DNA of 64,000 nt. Origin: an uncultured Candidatus Rokubacteria bacterium (GTDB taxonomy: Bacteria; Methylomirabilota; Methylomirabilia; Rokubacteriales; DASRDR01). The stretch is from contig CAVPSB010000018.1 in assembly GCA_963708025.1 (NCBI GenBank), positions 544,001-608,000 on the forward strand, in the 5' to 3' direction. How positions within the stretch are numbered: position 1 is the stretch's first letter; every line of letters starts with the position of its first letter. Below the pieces are notes generated by a model, which saw only the letters and a list, made by a program, of their open reading frames with translations, had not been told where the DNA came from and did not search any database. Positions 13,997 to 31,236 of the stretch are shown in pieces. A program made the position numbers and the translations under genes.

Positions 13997-14753
13997 GGGC
14001 AAGCACCTCCTTGGCCAGCTCGAGGTAGGCCACCGCCCCGGGCGACCGCAGGTCGTACTGGAGGATCGAGAGGCCGTGGCTGGGCGCCTCGGTGAGCCGG
14101 ATGTTCCGGGGAATGACCGTCTGGAACAGCTGGTCTCTGAAATATCGCTCGACCTCCGAGCGGACCTGGAGCGCCAGGCTCGTCCGCCCGTCGAACATCG
14201 TGAAGACGATCCCTTCCACGGCCAGGCCCGGGTTGGCTCGCGCCCGGACCAGATCGAGCGTCTTCATGAGCTGGGCCAGCCCCTCCAACGCATAGTACTC
14301 GCATTGGAGCGGGATGACGGCGGCGTCGGCGGCCACGAGCGCGTTCAGCGTCAGGAGCCCCAGCGACGGCGGGGAATCGACGATGACAAAGGCGAACCGC
14401 TCGCGGATGGGCGCCAGCGCCTCCCGCAGCCGGCCCTCCCGCCCGGCCCTCTCCACGAGCTCCACCTCGGCGCCGACGAGGTCGGGACTGGCCGGGAGCA
14501 GGGTGAGGGAGGGGAGCGCGGTGGGCCGGCACGCCTCCTCCGCCGGCACACCCTCGAGCAACACCTCGTAGATCGTGGGCGCCGCCACGGCTCCCCGCTC
14601 GGAGAGCACCCCCGCGGTGGCGTTCCCCTGCGGGTCGAGGTCGAGGAGAAGAGTAGGGCGCTCAGCCGCGGCCAGCGCCGCGGCCAGATTGACCGCCGTC
14701 GTCGTCTTGCCCACCCCGCCTTTCTGGTTCGCCACGCCCAGAACCCGGGCCAC
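13941..14753 (-). CDS. parA: Chromosome partitioning ATPase ParA/Soj
   Basis: NQKGGVGKTT, DLDPQGNAT, DSPPSLG, QCEYYALEG, EAPSHG. Confidence 0.97.
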   Translation of the reverse strand: MARVLGVANQKGGVGKTTTAVNLAAALAAAERPTLLLDLDPQGNATAGVLSERGAVAAPTIYEVLLEGVPAEEACRPTALPSLTLLPASPDLVGAEVELVERAGREGRLREALAPIRERFAFVIVDSPPSLGLLTLNALVAADAAVIPLQCEYYALEGLAQLMKTLDLVRARANPGLAVEGIVFTMFDGRTSLALQVRSEVERYFRDQLFQTVIPRNIRLTEAPSHGLSILQYDLRSPGAVAYLELAKEVLAHDEARARSRPRGSAPAGS

Positions 14754-15432
14754 GCACTCCCCCTGTTTCACGTGGAACGTCGGCCGTCCTACCCACTCGC
14801 TCGGTCGCGGGAATTATAAGGAACCGTCGGTGGATCCGCAACCCGAACCGCGGGGCTGTCACTGTTACCTGGCGCGTAGCCCCAAGTTCGGCGCGAGCGG
14901 CCGGCCCGACGGGGAGGACCAGCCGACCCGTGGATCCGAGGAAGGGCCGGGCCAGCTCGAGGCCCGCTGCCGGCGCCGTCACGGCTCGCATCGTCACCGT
15001 CCGGAAGGCGCTCCCGAGCCCTGCGGCCGTCCCTAGGGCCTCGGCTCGCTCCTCCCGTACCTCCACATCCGCCAGCTCCAGCCTCCTCACGACGTGGCGC
15101 AGGAAGTTGGCGCGCCGCCGGTTGGCCTCCACGAGCGTGACCGGCCAGTGCGGCCGGGCCAGCTTCAGGATCAGCCCGGGTACGCCGGCGCCGCTCCCGA
15201 TGTCGAGCAACGGTGCTGCAGGCTCCGGGAGCACCGCGAGGAACAGGAGCGAGTCCAGGACAAGGTGCTCGATCTGCTCGGCCTCGGATCGATACCCCGT
15301 GAGACGGCTCACCCGGTTCCACCGGCCGAGCTCCTCGATGTAGACCCGCGCGCTCGCCTCGAATCGGGGATCGATCGGGACCCCGAGTGCCGACACACCG
15401 GCTGCCAGGCGGCCCCACGGATCCGTGGGCAC
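14662..15432 (-). CDS. rsmG: 16S rRNA m7G527 methyltransferase (start uncertain; C-terminus overlaps parA)
   Basis: WNRVSRLT, HLVLDSL, LDIGSGAGVPG, RAEA, TMRAV; canonical position before parA. Confidence 0.9.
   Translation of the reverse strand: MPTDPWGRLAAGVSALGVPIDPRFEASARVYIEELGRWNRVSRLTGYRSEAEQIEHLVLDSLLFLAVLPEPAAPLLDIGSGAGVPGLILKLARPHWPVTLVEANRRRANFLRHVVRRLELADVEVREERAEALGTAAGLGSAFRTVTMRAVTAPAAGLELARPFLGSTGRLVLPVGPAARAELGATRQVTVTAPRFGLRIHRRFLIIPATERVGRTADVPRETGGVRGPGSGRGEPERRGGQDDDGGQSGRGAGRG
14764..14779. promoter_or_regulatory. parS centromere-like site
   Basis: TGTTTCACGTGGAACG vs consensus TGTTTCACGTGAAACA, immediately upstream of parA. Confidence 0.9.
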
Positions 15433-15549
15433 GGGCAGGCTCAGGCCCTCGGGGGCTGCCGCCGACGGATGGAGGGGGGCGAGGCTTCCCAAATATCCAC
15501 GCAACTACCACGAGACAAACGCTTTTTCGATCACGGCGACTTGCTGGTG

Positions 15550-17304
15550 CTAGGCCTTCCTCGCTTCCTTCTCGGCCTTTCCCTCGACGCCGGCGCTCGG
15601 CTTGCCCGACCGCTGCACGGAGCGGTCGATCAGGTACTGCTGAGCGATCGACAGGACGTTGTTGACCAGCCAGTAGAGGACCAGCCCGGTCGGGAACTCG
15701 AGGAACATGAACGTAAAGATCACCGGCATGATCAGCATGATCCGCGCCTGCCGGGGATCGCCCACGGTCGGCGTCATCTTCTGCTGAACCAGCATCGAGA
15801 TACCCATCAGGATCGGCAGGACGTAGTACGGATCCTTCTTCGAGAGATCGGTGATCCACAGCAGGAACGAGGCACCCTGGAGCTCGACCGAGTACTGGAG
15901 CGTGAGATAGAGGGCATAGAAGATGGGGACCTGCACGATCATCGGGAGGCAGCCGCCGACCGGGTTCACCTTGTGCTTCCGGAACAGCTCCATCTGCTCG
16001 CGCTGGAAGCGCTGCGGATCGGACTTGTACTTCGACCTGAGCGCGTTGAGCTGCGGCTGAAGCGCCTGCATCTGCTTCATCGAGCTCATGCTCTTGTGGG
16101 TCAGGGGGTAGAACACGATCTTCACGAGGACGGTCAGCAGGATGATGGCGACGCCGTAGTTCTGGCCCGGCAGGCGCGTGGCGAAGAAGTTCATGAGCCA
16201 GAGCAGGGGGACGCAGAACCACTCCATCGGCAGCGTCCACAAGAACTCGCCGTAGTTGCGCGCCTGGGCCTGCTCCAGACCGACGTTGAACGCGGCCAGC
16301 CGATCCCATTCCTTCGGCCCCACGTACAGGTCGGCCTTCCCATCCCAGGCCCGGCCCGGCCCGAGCCCCACTTCCGGGAAGACGACGCCCACCTGGGCCA
16401 GATCGCGGTCTCGACCGCGTAGCACGCGGGCACCCGGTCCCGGGATGAAGGCGGCGATGAAGTAGTCGTTCTCCAGCGCGACCCAGCGGTGGACGCCTGG
16501 CTCGACGCGCACCGGCTCGAGGTGCGGATCCTTCAACTCTGGCCCGGCCGGGGACTCCTTCGGGTCCTTCAGGGCGGGCGCCGGGTGCTCCAGGACCTCC
16601 GGCTTTCCGTTCCGGGCGACGAGGATGCGCCCGAGGAGCTGGCTGTGCTCCTCGCCTTCCCCGAACGTGAGCCAGGGCGCCTCTCGGGTCTTCCCCGGAA
16701 TCGCCACCGGCCCAGTCCAGTACAGCGCGACCGACCCAGCCTCGGCTCCCCCGCCGCCGCCCTCCGCGTGGAGCTCCACCTCGACCCGGTAGCTCGCCGC
16801 GTCGAAGCGCACGCGCTTCTCGACCCGGATCCCGGCCCCCGTCACCCCGCTGAACACCACCGTGCCCTTCGGCCGCTCGGCCGTCAGCTCCAGCCGATCG
16901 GTGTCCGCCCGGAGCGGCACCACCTCCGGCGGCCGGCCCGGCGCGCTGACCGCCACCGCGAGCGGGGCGAGGCCCTGGCCGACCAGGAGCGGCTTCTTCC
17001 CCCGGTACCGGAGGGTCCAGCCGCTCACCGACCCGTCGGACGCGAACGTCACCTCGTATAGCGGGGACGTGACCTCGACGGCCCGCCCGATGATCGCGGT
17101 CGCTCCCGGAATCACGGGCCGCGCAGGGCCGACCGTGGCGCTTCCGCCCGCGGCGGGCGATGCGCCGCCCGCGGGAGCCGGGTTAGCGGGAGTGTCCCCC
17201 GCCGACGGCGCACCGGGCGGGGGAGGCGGGGGAGCGAAGAACGCCTGCCAGGCGAGCAGGAGCGCCACAGACAGGACGATGGCGATCAGGGCCCGCTTTT
17301 CCAT
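15550..17304 (-). CDS. yidC: Membrane protein insertase
   Basis: NYGVAIILLT, GGCLPMIVQVPIF, WITDLSKKDPYYVLP, GLVLYW. Confidence 0.97.
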   Translation of the reverse strand: MEKRALIAIVLSVALLLAWQAFFAPPPPPPGAPSAGDTPANPAPAGGASPAAGGSATVGPARPVIPGATAIIGRAVEVTSPLYEVTFASDGSVSGWTLRYRGKKPLLVGQGLAPLAVAVSAPGRPPEVVPLRADTDRLELTAERPKGTVVFSGVTGAGIRVEKRVRFDAASYRVEVELHAEGGGGGAEAGSVALYWTGPVAIPGKTREAPWLTFGEGEEHSQLLGRILVARNGKPEVLEHPAPALKDPKESPAGPELKDPHLEPVRVEPGVHRWVALENDYFIAAFIPGPGARVLRGRDRDLAQVGVVFPEVGLGPGRAWDGKADLYVGPKEWDRLAAFNVGLEQAQARNYGEFLWTLPMEWFCVPLLWLMNFFATRLPGQNYGVAIILLTVLVKIVFYPLTHKSMSSMKQMQALQPQLNALRSKYKSDPQRFQREQMELFRKHKVNPVGGCLPMIVQVPIFYALYLTLQYSVELQGASFLLWITDLSKKDPYYVLPILMGISMLVQQKMTPTVGDPRQARIMLIMPVIFTFMFLEFPTGLVLYWLVNNVLSIAQQYLIDRSVQRSGKPSAGVEGKAEKEARKA

Positions 17305-17325
17305 GGCAGCCTTGGGCGCCGCTGT

Positions 17326-17556
17326 TCAGCGCGGCGGGTCAATCCCGCCCGGAAAGGCCGGCTGGCACCGGAGGAGCCGCCCGACGGCCAGCATCCCCCC
17401 ACGGAGCAGCCCACGCTCGGTGATGGCCTGCCGCGCGTACTCCGAGCACGTCGGCCAGTATCGGCAGGCCGGGGGGAGCAGGGGTGACAACCACCGCTGG
17501 TACCCTTCGATCAGGACCGCCGCCCCGCGGGCGGCGGCGCGCGGGGCGCGCGTCAC
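17326..17556 (-). CDS. yidD: Membrane protein insertion efficiency factor
   Basis: YQRWLSP, CRYWPTCSEY, RLLRCQP, GGIDP. Confidence 0.92.
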   Translation of the reverse strand: MTRAPRAAARGAAVLIEGYQRWLSPLLPPACRYWPTCSEYARQAITERGLLRGGMLAVGRLLRCQPAFPGGIDPPR

Positions 17557-17924
17557 GAAGCCAGACGCCGCGCGGCGTGGCGCAGCGCCTCGGCCACCTC
17601 GCTGCTGAGTTCGGCGAAGGGGGCTGCCACCGCCCGGGGGCGCGCGACGAAGCAGAGCCGCAGCCCAGTCCCTGGCAGGAGGGTCGCCTGACGGCGGTAG
17701 GCCTCCCGGAGCCTCCGGCGCGCCCGGTTCCGCCACACGCTTCCCCCCAGCTTCCGGCCGGCCGTGAACGCTGCCGCCCGCCGACCCGGGGTGGGGGACC
17801 ACAGGAGCACGAAGCTCGGGCGCTCGACGCGGCTCCCCCGGCGGAAGAGCCATTGAAACTCCCGCCGATCGCGCAGCCGCTCCGCGCGGGGCAGGGTCGC
17901 CCGGGTCGCGCCGGTCGCGGTCAC
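17553..17924 (-). CDS. rnpA: Ribonuclease P protein component
   Basis: ERLRDRREF and the RNR motif GGSVWRNRARRRLREAYR. Confidence 0.92.
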   Translation of the reverse strand: MTATGATRATLPRAERLRDRREFQWLFRRGSRVERPSFVLLWSPTPGRRAAAFTAGRKLGGSVWRNRARRRLREAYRRQATLLPGTGLRLCFVARPRAVAAPFAELSSEVAEALRHAARRLAS

Positions 17925-17926
17925 AC

Positions 17927-18061
17927 TCAGACGGAGAGACGCCGACGCCCCTTGGCGCGCCGGCGCTTGAGGACCTTTCGGCCCCCCTTGGTGGACATCC
18001 GCTCGCGGAAGCCGTGCGTCTTCTTCCGCCGGCGCCGATTCGGTTGATAGGTCCGCTTCAC
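17927..18061 (-). CDS. rpmH: 50S ribosomal protein L34 (not in the ORF track)
   Basis: Hand translation from [47 protein letters not shown]. Confidence 0.98.
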   Translation of the reverse strand: MKRTYQPNRRRRKKTHGFRERMSTKGGRKVLKRRRAKGRRRLSV

Positions 18062-18097
18062 ACGATCCTCCTAGCCGGGAATGAACAAAGTTCAACC

Positions 18098-18127
18098 ATC
18101 CTACCGGCCACCGCTAAGGCTAGTCAA
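18098..18127 (-). promoter_or_regulatory. Sigma70 promoter of rpmH
   Basis: TTGACT-N18-TAGGAT. Confidence 0.65.
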
Positions 18128-18341
18128 GGGGCGCCGGTGACTCACGCCGGCGGTGATGGGGTTGCTCGCCTGTAGACAGCGTGCTATCGTTCGCCTTTCG
18201 GAAGTCGGGCTCGTTCCTCCTGAGCGCGTCATGCGTCCCGCGAACGCTCCGCCGTCCGGGTCGGCGGGCGTCGGCCAGCGGCGCGGGTCGTTCAGCGCGT
18301 GGGCAGTGATGGGTAGGGCACAGCGACATCCCACCCCAGGG

Positions 18342-18373
18342 TTATCCACACCTGTGGATAAGTGTGTGTGTAA
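18342..18373. promoter_or_regulatory. DnaA box cluster upstream of dnaA
   Basis: TTATCCACA at 18342-50, TGTGGATAA at 18353-61, degenerate TGTGTGTAA at 18365-73. Confidence 0.9.
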
Positions 18374-18413
18374 CTCATGGGGGGCCAACTCCTCGCCACG
18401 GGAGCCTAGGTAA

Positions 18414-19730
18414 ATGTCCGATCGCCTCTGGGAGCGCTTTCTCTCCGCCTTGGAGGGTCGGCTCCCCCCACAGGCCCTCGATACCTGGATCCGGCCGGGT
18501 CGGCTCCTGGCTCATCGGGACACCCATCTGGAGATCGGGGTTCCCAGCAAGTTCCTCCGCAGCTACATCGTCGATCACTACCTCCCGGACCTCCAGGCCG
18601 CCGCCGAGACCTGCCTCGGGCCCCGTGCCCACGTGACCGTCAGCCTCGACCGAGCCGCGGTGGGGTCCCCGGGCACTCCGCCCGCGCCCCCGGCGCCAGC
18701 GCCGGTGCCGGCCGAGCTGGACGGTCGGTACACCTTCGACACCTTCGTGGTCGGCTCCTCCAACCAGTTCGCCCAGGCCGCCTGCCTCGCCGTCGCCGAG
18801 CTGCCCTCCCGGGCCTACAACCCCCTCTTCATCTACGGCGGCGTCGGCCTCGGCAAGACCCATCTCCTCCACGCGATCGGCCACCAGATCCGCCAGACCC
18901 ATTCCCAGCTCCGCGTCGAGTACCTGTCCACGGAGAAGTTCACCAACGAGCTGATCGGGGCCATCCGCTACGACAAGACGCCCGACTTCCGCCATCGCTA
19001 CCGGACGATCGATCTCCTCCTGATCGACGACATCCAGTTCATCTCCGGCAAGGAGCGGACCCAGGAGGAGCTGTTCCACACCTTCAACGACCTCTACGAG
19101 TCGCATCGCCAGATCGTCATCTCGAGCGACCGCTCCCCGAAGGAGATCCCCGAGATCGAGGAGCGTCTCCGTTCCCGATTCGAGTGGGGCCTCATCGCCG
19201 ACATCCAGCCGCCCGATTTCGAGACGCGGGTCGCCATCCTCAAGAAGAAAGCCGAGCTGGACCGGGTGGCGCTCCCCGACGACCTCGCCTACTTCATCGC
19301 CAACAAGGTCAAGTCCAACATCCGCGAGCTGGAAGGATCCCTCGTCCGCATCCGCGCCTTCTGCAGCCTCACCGGCCGCGAGCTCGGCCTTGATCTCGCC
19401 CAGGAAGTGCTCGCCAACATCTGGGGAACCGAGGAACGCCTCATCACGATCGACGACATCCAGCGCCGCGTGAGCGAAGTCTTCGGCGTGAAGCCCCACG
19501 ATCTCCGCTCCAAGACGCGGACCAAAGCGGTGGCCTTCCCCCGGCAGGTCGCCATGTACCTCGCCCGCCAGCTCACCAGCGACTCCTTCGCCGACATCGG
19601 TCGGAGCTTCGGCGGCAAGGACCACACCACCGTCCTGCACGGCGTCCACAAGATCGAGGCCCTCATCCAGGAGGACCCCAAGTTCCGGAAGACCCTGGAC
19701 CACATCATCAACACAATCCGGATCGAGTGA
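18414..19730 (+). CDS. dnaA: Chromosomal replication initiator
   Basis: YNPLFIYGGVGLGKTHL, DDIQF, RLRSRFEWGL, RQVAMYL, GGKDHTTV. Confidence 0.99.
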   Translation: MSDRLWERFLSALEGRLPPQALDTWIRPGRLLAHRDTHLEIGVPSKFLRSYIVDHYLPDLQAAAETCLGPRAHVTVSLDRAAVGSPGTPPAPPAPAPVPAELDGRYTFDTFVVGSSNQFAQAACLAVAELPSRAYNPLFIYGGVGLGKTHLLHAIGHQIRQTHSQLRVEYLSTEKFTNELIGAIRYDKTPDFRHRYRTIDLLLIDDIQFISGKERTQEELFHTFNDLYESHRQIVISSDRSPKEIPEIEERLRSRFEWGLIADIQPPDFETRVAILKKKAELDRVALPDDLAYFIANKVKSNIRELEGSLVRIRAFCSLTGRELGLDLAQEVLANIWGTEERLITIDDIQRRVSEVFGVKPHDLRSKTRTKAVAFPRQVAMYLARQLTSDSFADIGRSFGGKDHTTVLHGVHKIEALIQEDPKFRKTLDHIINTIRIE

Positions 19731-19853
19731 GGACTCGCGTGCATATCGTCCCCAGCGCATCGGATATCCCCCGTCTCTCCACCACCGTCGCGCTCAGTCC
19801 TCCCCGACCACCGAGCACCACCCTCGACGCCATCACCGGACGGATCCGCCCCG

Positions 19854-19904
19854 CCCTCCACATATCCACTGCCCCTACTACGACGACTACTGAGTTTTCT
19901 TTTC
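19854..19904. other. oriC unwinding module (DnaA boxes, GC spacer, DnaA-trios, T-rich tract)
   Basis: CCCTCCACA/ATATCCACT, GCCCC, TAC-TAC-GAC-GAC-TAC, TTTTCTTTT between dnaA and dnaN. Confidence 0.75.
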
Positions 19905-19926
19905 CTACGGAGGAAGACTAACTCCT

Positions 19927-21018
19927 ATGGAGCTTCAAGTCGCCCGCGACCCGTTCCTGCGCGCGCTTCAGCTCGTCCAGAACATCGTCGAAACGCGCCA
20001 GACCTTGCCCATCCTCGCCAACGTCCTGATGGACGCCCAGGATGGCGGGCTCCACGTGGCCGCCACCGACCTCGAGGTCGGGGTACGGGTCGCGGTTCCG
20101 GCGACCATCGTGAGACCGGGAGCCGTCACGTTGGCCGCCCGGAAGCTCCACGAGCTGGTCCGGGAGCTGCCTGCCCAGCCCATCACCCTCAAGCTTCAGG
20201 AGAACGGCTGGGTGCAGCTCCTGTGCGGGGCGGCCTCGTTCCGGCTCGTGGGGCTCCCGGCCGAGGAGTATCCCCCGCTCGAGACCGGGGACGCCGAGGG
20301 CTGGGTAAGTGTCAACGGCGGGCGACTGCGGGCCTTGCTGGCGCGGACCGCCTACGCGATGTCCCAGGATGAGAGTCGGCCCTTTCTCAACGGCGTCTAC
20401 ATGCTGGTCCGGAAAGGGGAGCTGCGTCTGGTGGCGACCGACGGGCACCGTCTGGCGCTGGCCCGCCTGACGGTCGAGGCCGACGGCGAGATGGCGGGCA
20501 TCGTGCCACGAAAGGCCGTTGCGGAGATGGGCCGGGTGCTCGGCGGCAGCGAGGCGGCGTCGCTCGCGCTGCGGGAGAACCAGTTCCTGATCCGGACCCC
20601 CGGCTTCGTGCTCGTATCCAAGCTCGTAGAAGGGACGTTTCCCAGCTACGAGCAGGTCGTGCCGAAGGCGCACCCCCGCCGGCTGACCATCGAACGTGAG
20701 CTGCTGATCTCGGCGCTCCGGCGAGTGTCGGTCGTGGCCGACGACCGGACGCGGCCGATCCGCCTGACCGCCGCGCCCGGAGCCTTGCGACTCGCGGCGT
20801 CCAGTCAGGAACTGGGGGAGGCCGAGGAGGTGCTGCCGGCCGAGTTCGCGGGAGAGGAGCTGCCCATCGGGTTCAACACGCGCTACATCCTCGATGCGCT
20901 CGTTCCCATGGACGGCGAGCGGGTCGTGATCGAGTTGAAGGACTCACTGAGCCCGGGTGTGTTCAAGAGCGCCGCCGACGAGGATCACCTCTGTGTTATA
21001 ATGCCGATGCGTATTTGA
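19927..21018 (+). CDS. dnaN: DNA polymerase III beta clamp
   Basis: ATDLE, VATDGHRLA, GFNTRY, IMPMR. Confidence 0.98.
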   Translation: MELQVARDPFLRALQLVQNIVETRQTLPILANVLMDAQDGGLHVAATDLEVGVRVAVPATIVRPGAVTLAARKLHELVRELPAQPITLKLQENGWVQLLCGAASFRLVGLPAEEYPPLETGDAEGWVSVNGGRLRALLARTAYAMSQDESRPFLNGVYMLVRKGELRLVATDGHRLALARLTVEADGEMAGIVPRKAVAEMGRVLGGSEAASLALRENQFLIRTPGFVLVSKLVEGTFPSYEQVVPKAHPRRLTIERELLISALRRVSVVADDRTRPIRLTAAPGALRLAASSQELGEAEEVLPAEFAGEELPIGFNTRYILDALVPMDGERVVIELKDSLSPGVFKSAADEDHLCVIMPMRI

Positions 21019-21035
21019 GAGGAGGCCCATAGGGG

Positions 21036-24541
<3,506 letters not shown>

Positions 24542-24553
24542 CGGACGGTCCCG

Positions 24554-28268
<3,715 letters not shown>

Positions 28269-28296
28269 GCGTGGCGCGTGCGATAGTCGAAGCCCC

Positions 28297-28333
28297 GGAG
28301 GGGTGGCCGAGCGGTTGAAGGCGCCGGGCTTGA
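28297..28333 (+). mobile_element. 5' half of tRNA-Ser(TGA), att scar 1
   Basis: GGAGGGGTGGCCGAGCGGTTGAAGGCGCCGGGCTTGA, then divergence; no T arm or CCA follows. Confidence 0.85.
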
Positions 28334-28466
28334 GATGCGCTGCCCCGGTCCCGTCTTTTCAAGCACTTCCTGGGTCACGTCTGACGTGGTGCCGACTTCT
28401 CTACTGTCACACTCGAGGGCCGGTCCACCCCCGCGAAGCTGAGGGGAAGGACACATAGAAGGGCAC

Positions 28467-29657
28467 ATGGCCAGCCAGCAGCAGACAGCGGCGCTGGTGC
28501 TGAGTGGCCCGGTACACACGGCGCTCGGGGTCATCCGGGCCCTCGCCCGAAACGGCATACCGCAGTTCACCGTTGGGACGGGCACGAGCTATGTCTCGTA
28601 CTCTCGCTGGCACCGTCGACTGCCCAATCACGGTGGAGATGGTCCTACCCCCGAAACGCTAGCTCCGTTCCTGGAGCGCCTTCCCGTCGAACGGATGGTG
28701 CTCATACCATGCTCGGACGCGTGGGTCGCCGCCGTGGCCCGTCTCGAGCCGACTCTTGCCGCGCGGTTTCCGGCCAGCATCGCTCCGGCAGAGAGTCTCG
28801 ACATCTGCTTGGACAAGGGCCGCTTCGCCGACACGCTGGCACGCCTGGGGCTGCCGCACCCGCGGACGATCTCCATCTCAGCGCCCGGTGATGTTCGGAC
28901 GCTCTGGGACGGCACCCTCCGTGATCCGTTTCTCAAACCGCGGGATTCGCACGCCTTCCAGGCCTGCTATGGGGTCAAGGCCTTCCGGATCAGGACGCCG
29001 GCCGAGGCGATCTCGCGGGTTCGTGAGGCGCAGCAGGCCGGCGTCGAGATCCTGCTCCAGGAATACGTCCCCGGACCCGCGGACTCCCATTACTTCATCG
29101 ATGGCTTCGTGGATCGTGGAGGGTCGCTCTGCGCGCGGTTCGCTCGGCGTCGCGTCCGGACCTACCCCGAGCCTTTCGGTGACAGCTGCTGTATGGTGAC
29201 CATCTCGCTCGAGGAGGCGAGGGCGCCGCTGGGCATCCTGGATCGGTTGCTCCCGGCCCTCCGATATCGTGGCGTGTTCAACGCGCAGTTCAAGTACGAC
29301 GACCGGGACGGACTATTCAAGCTCCTCGAGATCAATCCGCGCCCGTGGGGTGGGGTCAGCCTCGCGGTCAGTTGCGGGGTCAACGTTATCAAGATGGCAT
29401 ACCAGGATGCCCTCGACCTCCCGGTGCAGCCGAACAGAAAATACCCCATCGGTCGCTACTGGGTCTACCCGTCGCGGGACCGCATCGTCTGCTGGCGACT
29501 CCTCCGGGAAGGCCGCTTGACTCCAGGGGCCTGGATCCGCACCTGGGCCGGAGCCGTGCAGCCGATCTTTTGCTGGGACGATCCTGCGCCCGCGATCGTC
29601 GCCTTTCTCCAGCGGGTGGGACGAGCAGTCCGGCGAAGGCTCAGGGTGTCGCGCTAA
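28467..29657 (+). CDS. ATP-grasp carboxylate-amine ligase (D-aspartate ligase-like)
   Basis: LIPCSD, DKGRF, PHPRT, FLKP, LLQEYVPG, FKYDDRDG, LLEINPR. Confidence 0.88.
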   Translation: MASQQQTAALVLSGPVHTALGVIRALARNGIPQFTVGTGTSYVSYSRWHRRLPNHGGDGPTPETLAPFLERLPVERMVLIPCSDAWVAAVARLEPTLAARFPASIAPAESLDICLDKGRFADTLARLGLPHPRTISISAPGDVRTLWDGTLRDPFLKPRDSHAFQACYGVKAFRIRTPAEAISRVREAQQAGVEILLQEYVPGPADSHYFIDGFVDRGGSLCARFARRRVRTYPEPFGDSCCMVTISLEEARAPLGILDRLLPALRYRGVFNAQFKYDDRDGLFKLLEINPRPWGGVSLAVSCGVNVIKMAYQDALDLPVQPNRKYPIGRYWVYPSRDRIVCWRLLREGRLTPGAWIRTWAGAVQPIFCWDDPAPAIVAFLQRVGRAVRRRLRVSR

Positions 29658-29727
29658 CCAGGTCAGGGCGCGACGGGTATCAGGGTACCGGCACGCAGGG
29701 GATGAACGCCGGCATGTGCTGGCCTCC

Positions 29728-31227
29728 TCACGCGTGCTGAGCCGCCCGCCGCCGGCTCCAGAACCACCGGCCCACGGGTGTCATGATCACGACTCCAGTG
29801 ATACACACCAAGGCGGCGGAGATCGGCTTCTCCACGAAGATTGTGAGATCCGCCGCCGAAACCTGCAAGGACTGTAGGAACGACCGCTCGAGAATCCGCC
29901 CTAGAATCATGGCGAGCACCAGCGGCGCCGCGGGAAAGCCTCCCTTCCGGAGGAAGTAGCCGAAGACCCCGAAGACAATCATGACCGCGACATCGAAGGC
30001 CGCGTTGTTGATGCTGTACGCCCCTATGATGCAGATGACGACGATGACGGTCGCTAGGTAGTGGTAGGGGACGCGCAGGAGACGCACCCAGAAACCGATG
30101 AGTGGCAGGTTGAGCGCGAGAAGCATGAGGTTCCCGACATACATGGACGTGATGACGCCCCAGAACAGGCTCGGGTGCTGCTGGAAGAGGAGGGGCCCGG
30201 GCTGGATGCCATGCATCGTCAGGGCCACGAAGATCATGGCGATCGACGCATTGCCCGGAATCCCCAAGGTCAAGAGCGGGATGAACGACGAGGTGGACGC
30301 CGCGTTGTTGGCCGCCTCGGGGGCGGCGACCCCCTCGATGGCCCCCTGACCGAAGCGCGCCGGGTTCGCCGACACCCGCTTCTCGACGGCATAGGCGACC
30401 AACGAGCTGATGATGGCGCCTCCGCCGGGAAGCACTCCGATGAAGAAGCCGAGCCCCGTGCCGCGCAGGATCGCCCCCCAGCACCGCCGCCAGTCCTCCG
30501 GTGACGGCAGAAGCCCGCGGAGGGACGCCTTGTAGACCTCCCGGACGTCCGGAGCCTCCAGATTGATCAGCACCTCCGCGATGCCGAAGAGGCCCATACT
30601 CGCCACGACGAAGTCCAGGCCATCCATCAGGCGGGGGACGCCGAAGGTGAACCGTGCGGCTCCGAAGACCGGATCGATACCCACGGTCCCCAGCACGATC
30701 CCCAGTGCGACCATCAGGAGCCCTTTCACGATGGACCGCTCGGACAGGTACACCGCCATCATCAGGCCCAGCAGGACGAGCGACGCATACTCGGCGGGGC
30801 CGAACTGCAGGGCGAAGTTGGCGAGGCTCGGGGCGATCAAAGACATCGCGAGAACGCTGAGCGAGCCGCCGATGAACGAGCCTATGGCCGCCATGCCCAG
30901 CGCCGGGCCCGCCCGCCCCTGCCGGGCCAGCGCGTAGCCGTCCAGGCACGTCACGATCGACGCGGCCTCGCCCGGGATCTTCAGGAGAATCGACGTCGTC
31001 GAGCCCCCGTACATGGCTCCGTAGAAGATGCCGGCCAGCATGATGACCGCCGAGGTCGGATCCATCCGGTAGGTCGCCGGGAGGAGCAACGCGATCGTCG
31101 CCGGGGCGCCCAGCCCGGGCAACACCCCGATCGACGTCCCAATCGCCGCGCCGAGCAGCGCGTGGACGAGGTTCCAGGGGCTCAGGGCGACCCCGAACCC
31201 ATGGCTCAGGCCGGCCAGGGGGTCCAT
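29728..31227 (-). CDS. tctA: Tripartite tricarboxylate transporter permease
   Basis: GVLPGLG, YGAMYGGS, APEAANNA, PLLTLGIPG, GIQPGP. Confidence 0.95.
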   Translation of the reverse strand: MDPLAGLSHGFGVALSPWNLVHALLGAAIGTSIGVLPGLGAPATIALLLPATYRMDPTSAVIMLAGIFYGAMYGGSTTSILLKIPGEAASIVTCLDGYALARQGRAGPALGMAAIGSFIGGSLSVLAMSLIAPSLANFALQFGPAEYASLVLLGLMMAVYLSERSIVKGLLMVALGIVLGTVGIDPVFGAARFTFGVPRLMDGLDFVVASMGLFGIAEVLINLEAPDVREVYKASLRGLLPSPEDWRRCWGAILRGTGLGFFIGVLPGGGAIISSLVAYAVEKRVSANPARFGQGAIEGVAAPEAANNAASTSSFIPLLTLGIPGNASIAMIFVALTMHGIQPGPLLFQQHPSLFWGVITSMYVGNLMLLALNLPLIGFWVRLLRVPYHYLATVIVVICIIGAYSINNAAFDVAVMIVFGVFGYFLRKGGFPAAPLVLAMILGRILERSFLQSLQVSAADLTIFVEKPISAALVCITGVVIMTPVGRWFWSRRRAAQHA

Positions 31228-31236
31228 CCAGCGCCG

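Noticed and set aside
28333-28466. Group I intron in the tRNA-Ser anticodon loop
   Set aside because: No 3' exon found, and no recognisable catalytic core after either 5' half.
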